This document shows positions 61,780 to 64,000 of a stretch of 64,000 nt of DNA, one piece after another (position 1 is the stretch's first letter; every line of letters begins with the position of its first letter). Both the position numbers and the translations under genes were made by a program. The stretch is from Squalus acanthias. Its lineage: Eukaryota. The stretch is from assembly GCA_030390025.1 (NCBI GenBank), contig CM059433.1, positions 30,134,001 to 30,198,000 on the forward strand. The letters are read 5' to 3'. The notes under the pieces were generated by a model that did not search any database, was not told where the DNA came from, and worked only from the letters and a program-made list of their open reading frames with translations.

Positions 61780-64000
61780 TGGCTGGAGTTTCCTCCGCAT
61801 TTGCGCCTGTGAGAGACGTGCAATCTGGGCGCAAACAAATTGTGACTTAAAAGATTGTGGAATTTTGTGTGTAAGTGAGTTATGCTCAAAAATACAATAC
61901 ACCCAAAGTATCCTTGATCTTTTACATCAGTCCATCAAACCCTTCATCTGAATGAATCTCCACCCACATCCCCAGCTCTCAAATACGAGTATCCTCCAAT
62001 TGCGCTTGTTCTGGGCCGGTGAGGGTGGGGGGCGGTCTCTTAACATTGCATCCAGATTTTCAGGCGCACAGGCACCCATGGTCATGTGACATAAGTGCAG
62101 ATCAGCTGACCATGAGAGAATTAAAGCCACCATCATCTCTTGCTGCTGCAAGAAGCCATTATACAGGATATTGTTGAGAAAATTAAGATGCCTCATTTTA
62201 TGGCTGTTGTACTGCTTTTTGTTGTATTGGAGGGAGAGAACCAGAGACGGGAGGCCCAAAGACTTGAGCACCACTGGAGGAGGCTGCACCACATTCGCAG
62301 GTATCCTGCCCAGTGAGGCCTTGACTGACATTCCAGGAGATGTCTGAGGAGCTGACTGTGTGGCGTCTGTCCTTCACAAAAGGTCATCCTCTGAGATGAC
62401 CTGAAGCTTTGGTCCACATACTGCAATGCCCTAACAGTGGAAATAAAGGTGACCACGGCTCTGGTTCCTTCCAGGTATCCACGGGGGATCTGTGCTGGAT
62501 CAGTCAAGGGGCAATGAGGGACAGCATCTGACAGGTGACTGGTGGCCTATTCCGTAGGGCTGGAGCATTCATCAGTGAAATGTTTGTGATGGAGCGAAGG
62601 CAGGGAACACTGAGCTATAGAAATGCTGGCTACCCCCAGACTGTTCTGAGCGATTGATAACGCACGTGGCATTGAAGCCTCCCCTTGTAGTCATGTGCTG
62701 CACCCTGCACAACTTCACCATGATTGACGGTTTGGACCTCGAGGAGCCAGTACAGCCGGAGGATCCTGCGCTGCAGGAGCCAGAGCAGGAGGGACGTGCC
62801 ACATCCACAGGAGACGTGTTCGAGACAGCAGGGCTGTGGAAGCACACATTGTGGCACAGGCTTTCCCCCAATCAGCCCCCCACCACCCTCGGAAGTGGCA
62901 ACCGGAAGACCACCACTGGATGGACACTGATCTCTTCAAATTCAAATAGTTTTATTACAAAAATGTTGGTGAAAATTGTTAACGACAATAGAACTTTCCT
63001 ATATTAAAAAAAAGTTAACTCTGTTACAACTTTCAAAAATTCTTCCCTTTTTATATCATAAACTTATTTAAATAACAAGTGTTTGATTTTAATTTAAAAC
63101 TCTTGTTTAGAAATTTGTAAAAACATTTGCAAAAATCGAACTATAAATAAAAAGATCAAACAATGGACTGGCTGTAAACATGAGTTCAAACAATGTAAGC
63201 ATTTTGATTGTTTTGTGCAAAATTTTCATAACTTTCAAAAACTTAAAATAAACGTAGCATTTTCAAACATGCATTTAAAAAAAAATATCAAACAACAATA
63301 AGACGGTAGATATCTTCCAGCATGGCAGCTTTCCCCCTTAGTGACAAAGGAGGAGAAAGAAGAGGTAGGAGAGATGGGCTTAAAGTTTCCCCAGCTCCTC
63401 AAGGCCTCTAAACTGCGCTGTCTACCAGTTACTGTGGATGGGCTGGAAAGTTGGGACATGGTGGTGGGATGCCGGTCTAATGAGCCATGGGCCTGCGGTT
63501 CATCGATCCTTATGGCCATCTGCTCCTGGAGCAGGGATACTGCTGCCTGAATCCCAGGATTGAGATATCCTGAGCTGGCTCTTGCGCCTGGCAACATGCC
63601 TGCTGCTGTAAGGATGGAGCCCAGGGTGGTGCTGCCGCTCATCAAAATGGAAGAATTGGTTTAATTTCTCCAAGGAGAGCCGGTTGACTTTCTGCTTGGG
63701 GGTGGCTTGAATGTGGGCTGGCATCTGCATTCCCAAGAAGAAGCGGAGGTGTGGTGCTCTGGCATTCCATTGGCCCTCCTCTGGCAGATCAATGGGCGTG
63801 AGTTGCATAACAAAGCCGGAGTCCCCTCCGTCCATCTCCTCCGGAAGCTGTTCAGCCTCCCTTTCCCACATCTTCAGCCCCTCCTCCACCTTCCCAGAGT
63901 CTACCCCCTCCTCCACAGCAGCTGCCTTCCTACGTCTGGACCTGCAGGAAGAAAATCAGACGGTTAAAATGGTTGCCCTTGCCACTGCCGAGTTGCCCCA
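61780..64000 (+). mobile_element. PIF/Harbinger DNA transposon relic (deleted transposase on +, probable convergent second ORF on -)
   Basis: Fragments KVTTAL../SFQ (62447-62475), AID/THVALKPP (62650-62685), VMCCTLHNF (IIVACCVLHN-like). An AT-rich spacer is followed by - strand ORF remnants 63235-63916. Left end GGCTGGAGTTTCC is TIR-like; the right end is outside the window. Confidence 0.7.

Overview
This is eukaryotic DNA. The CR1/L2 LINEs, the HE1-type V-SINE and the other SINE families point to a cartilaginous fish (inferred, not proven). The window is the 5' part of a PHF3 gene on the + strand: five phase-compatible coding exons (16981-17224, 24287-24448, 26623-28903, 31052-31427, 52054-52249; 3259 nt, about 1086 codons) running through the PHD finger. 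The TFIIS-like and SPOC exons were not found and probably lie beyond the window end. The introns hold CR1 and L2 LINE fragments, a third LINE family, tRNA-derived SINEs, a Vingi-like 3' end, a Harbinger relic and two tandem arrays. The most notable item is a set of hammerhead-ribozyme-bearing Penelope-type insertions. One is a young RT/GIY-YIG element with a 158-bp inverted arm that stops at the predicted ribozyme cleavage site. Two are tiny non-coding elements with the same 'both 3' ends outward' layout. All three have 14-15-bp target-site duplications. There is no CRISPR array or prokaryotic system. All family assignments come from motif recognition by eye; no database search was run.
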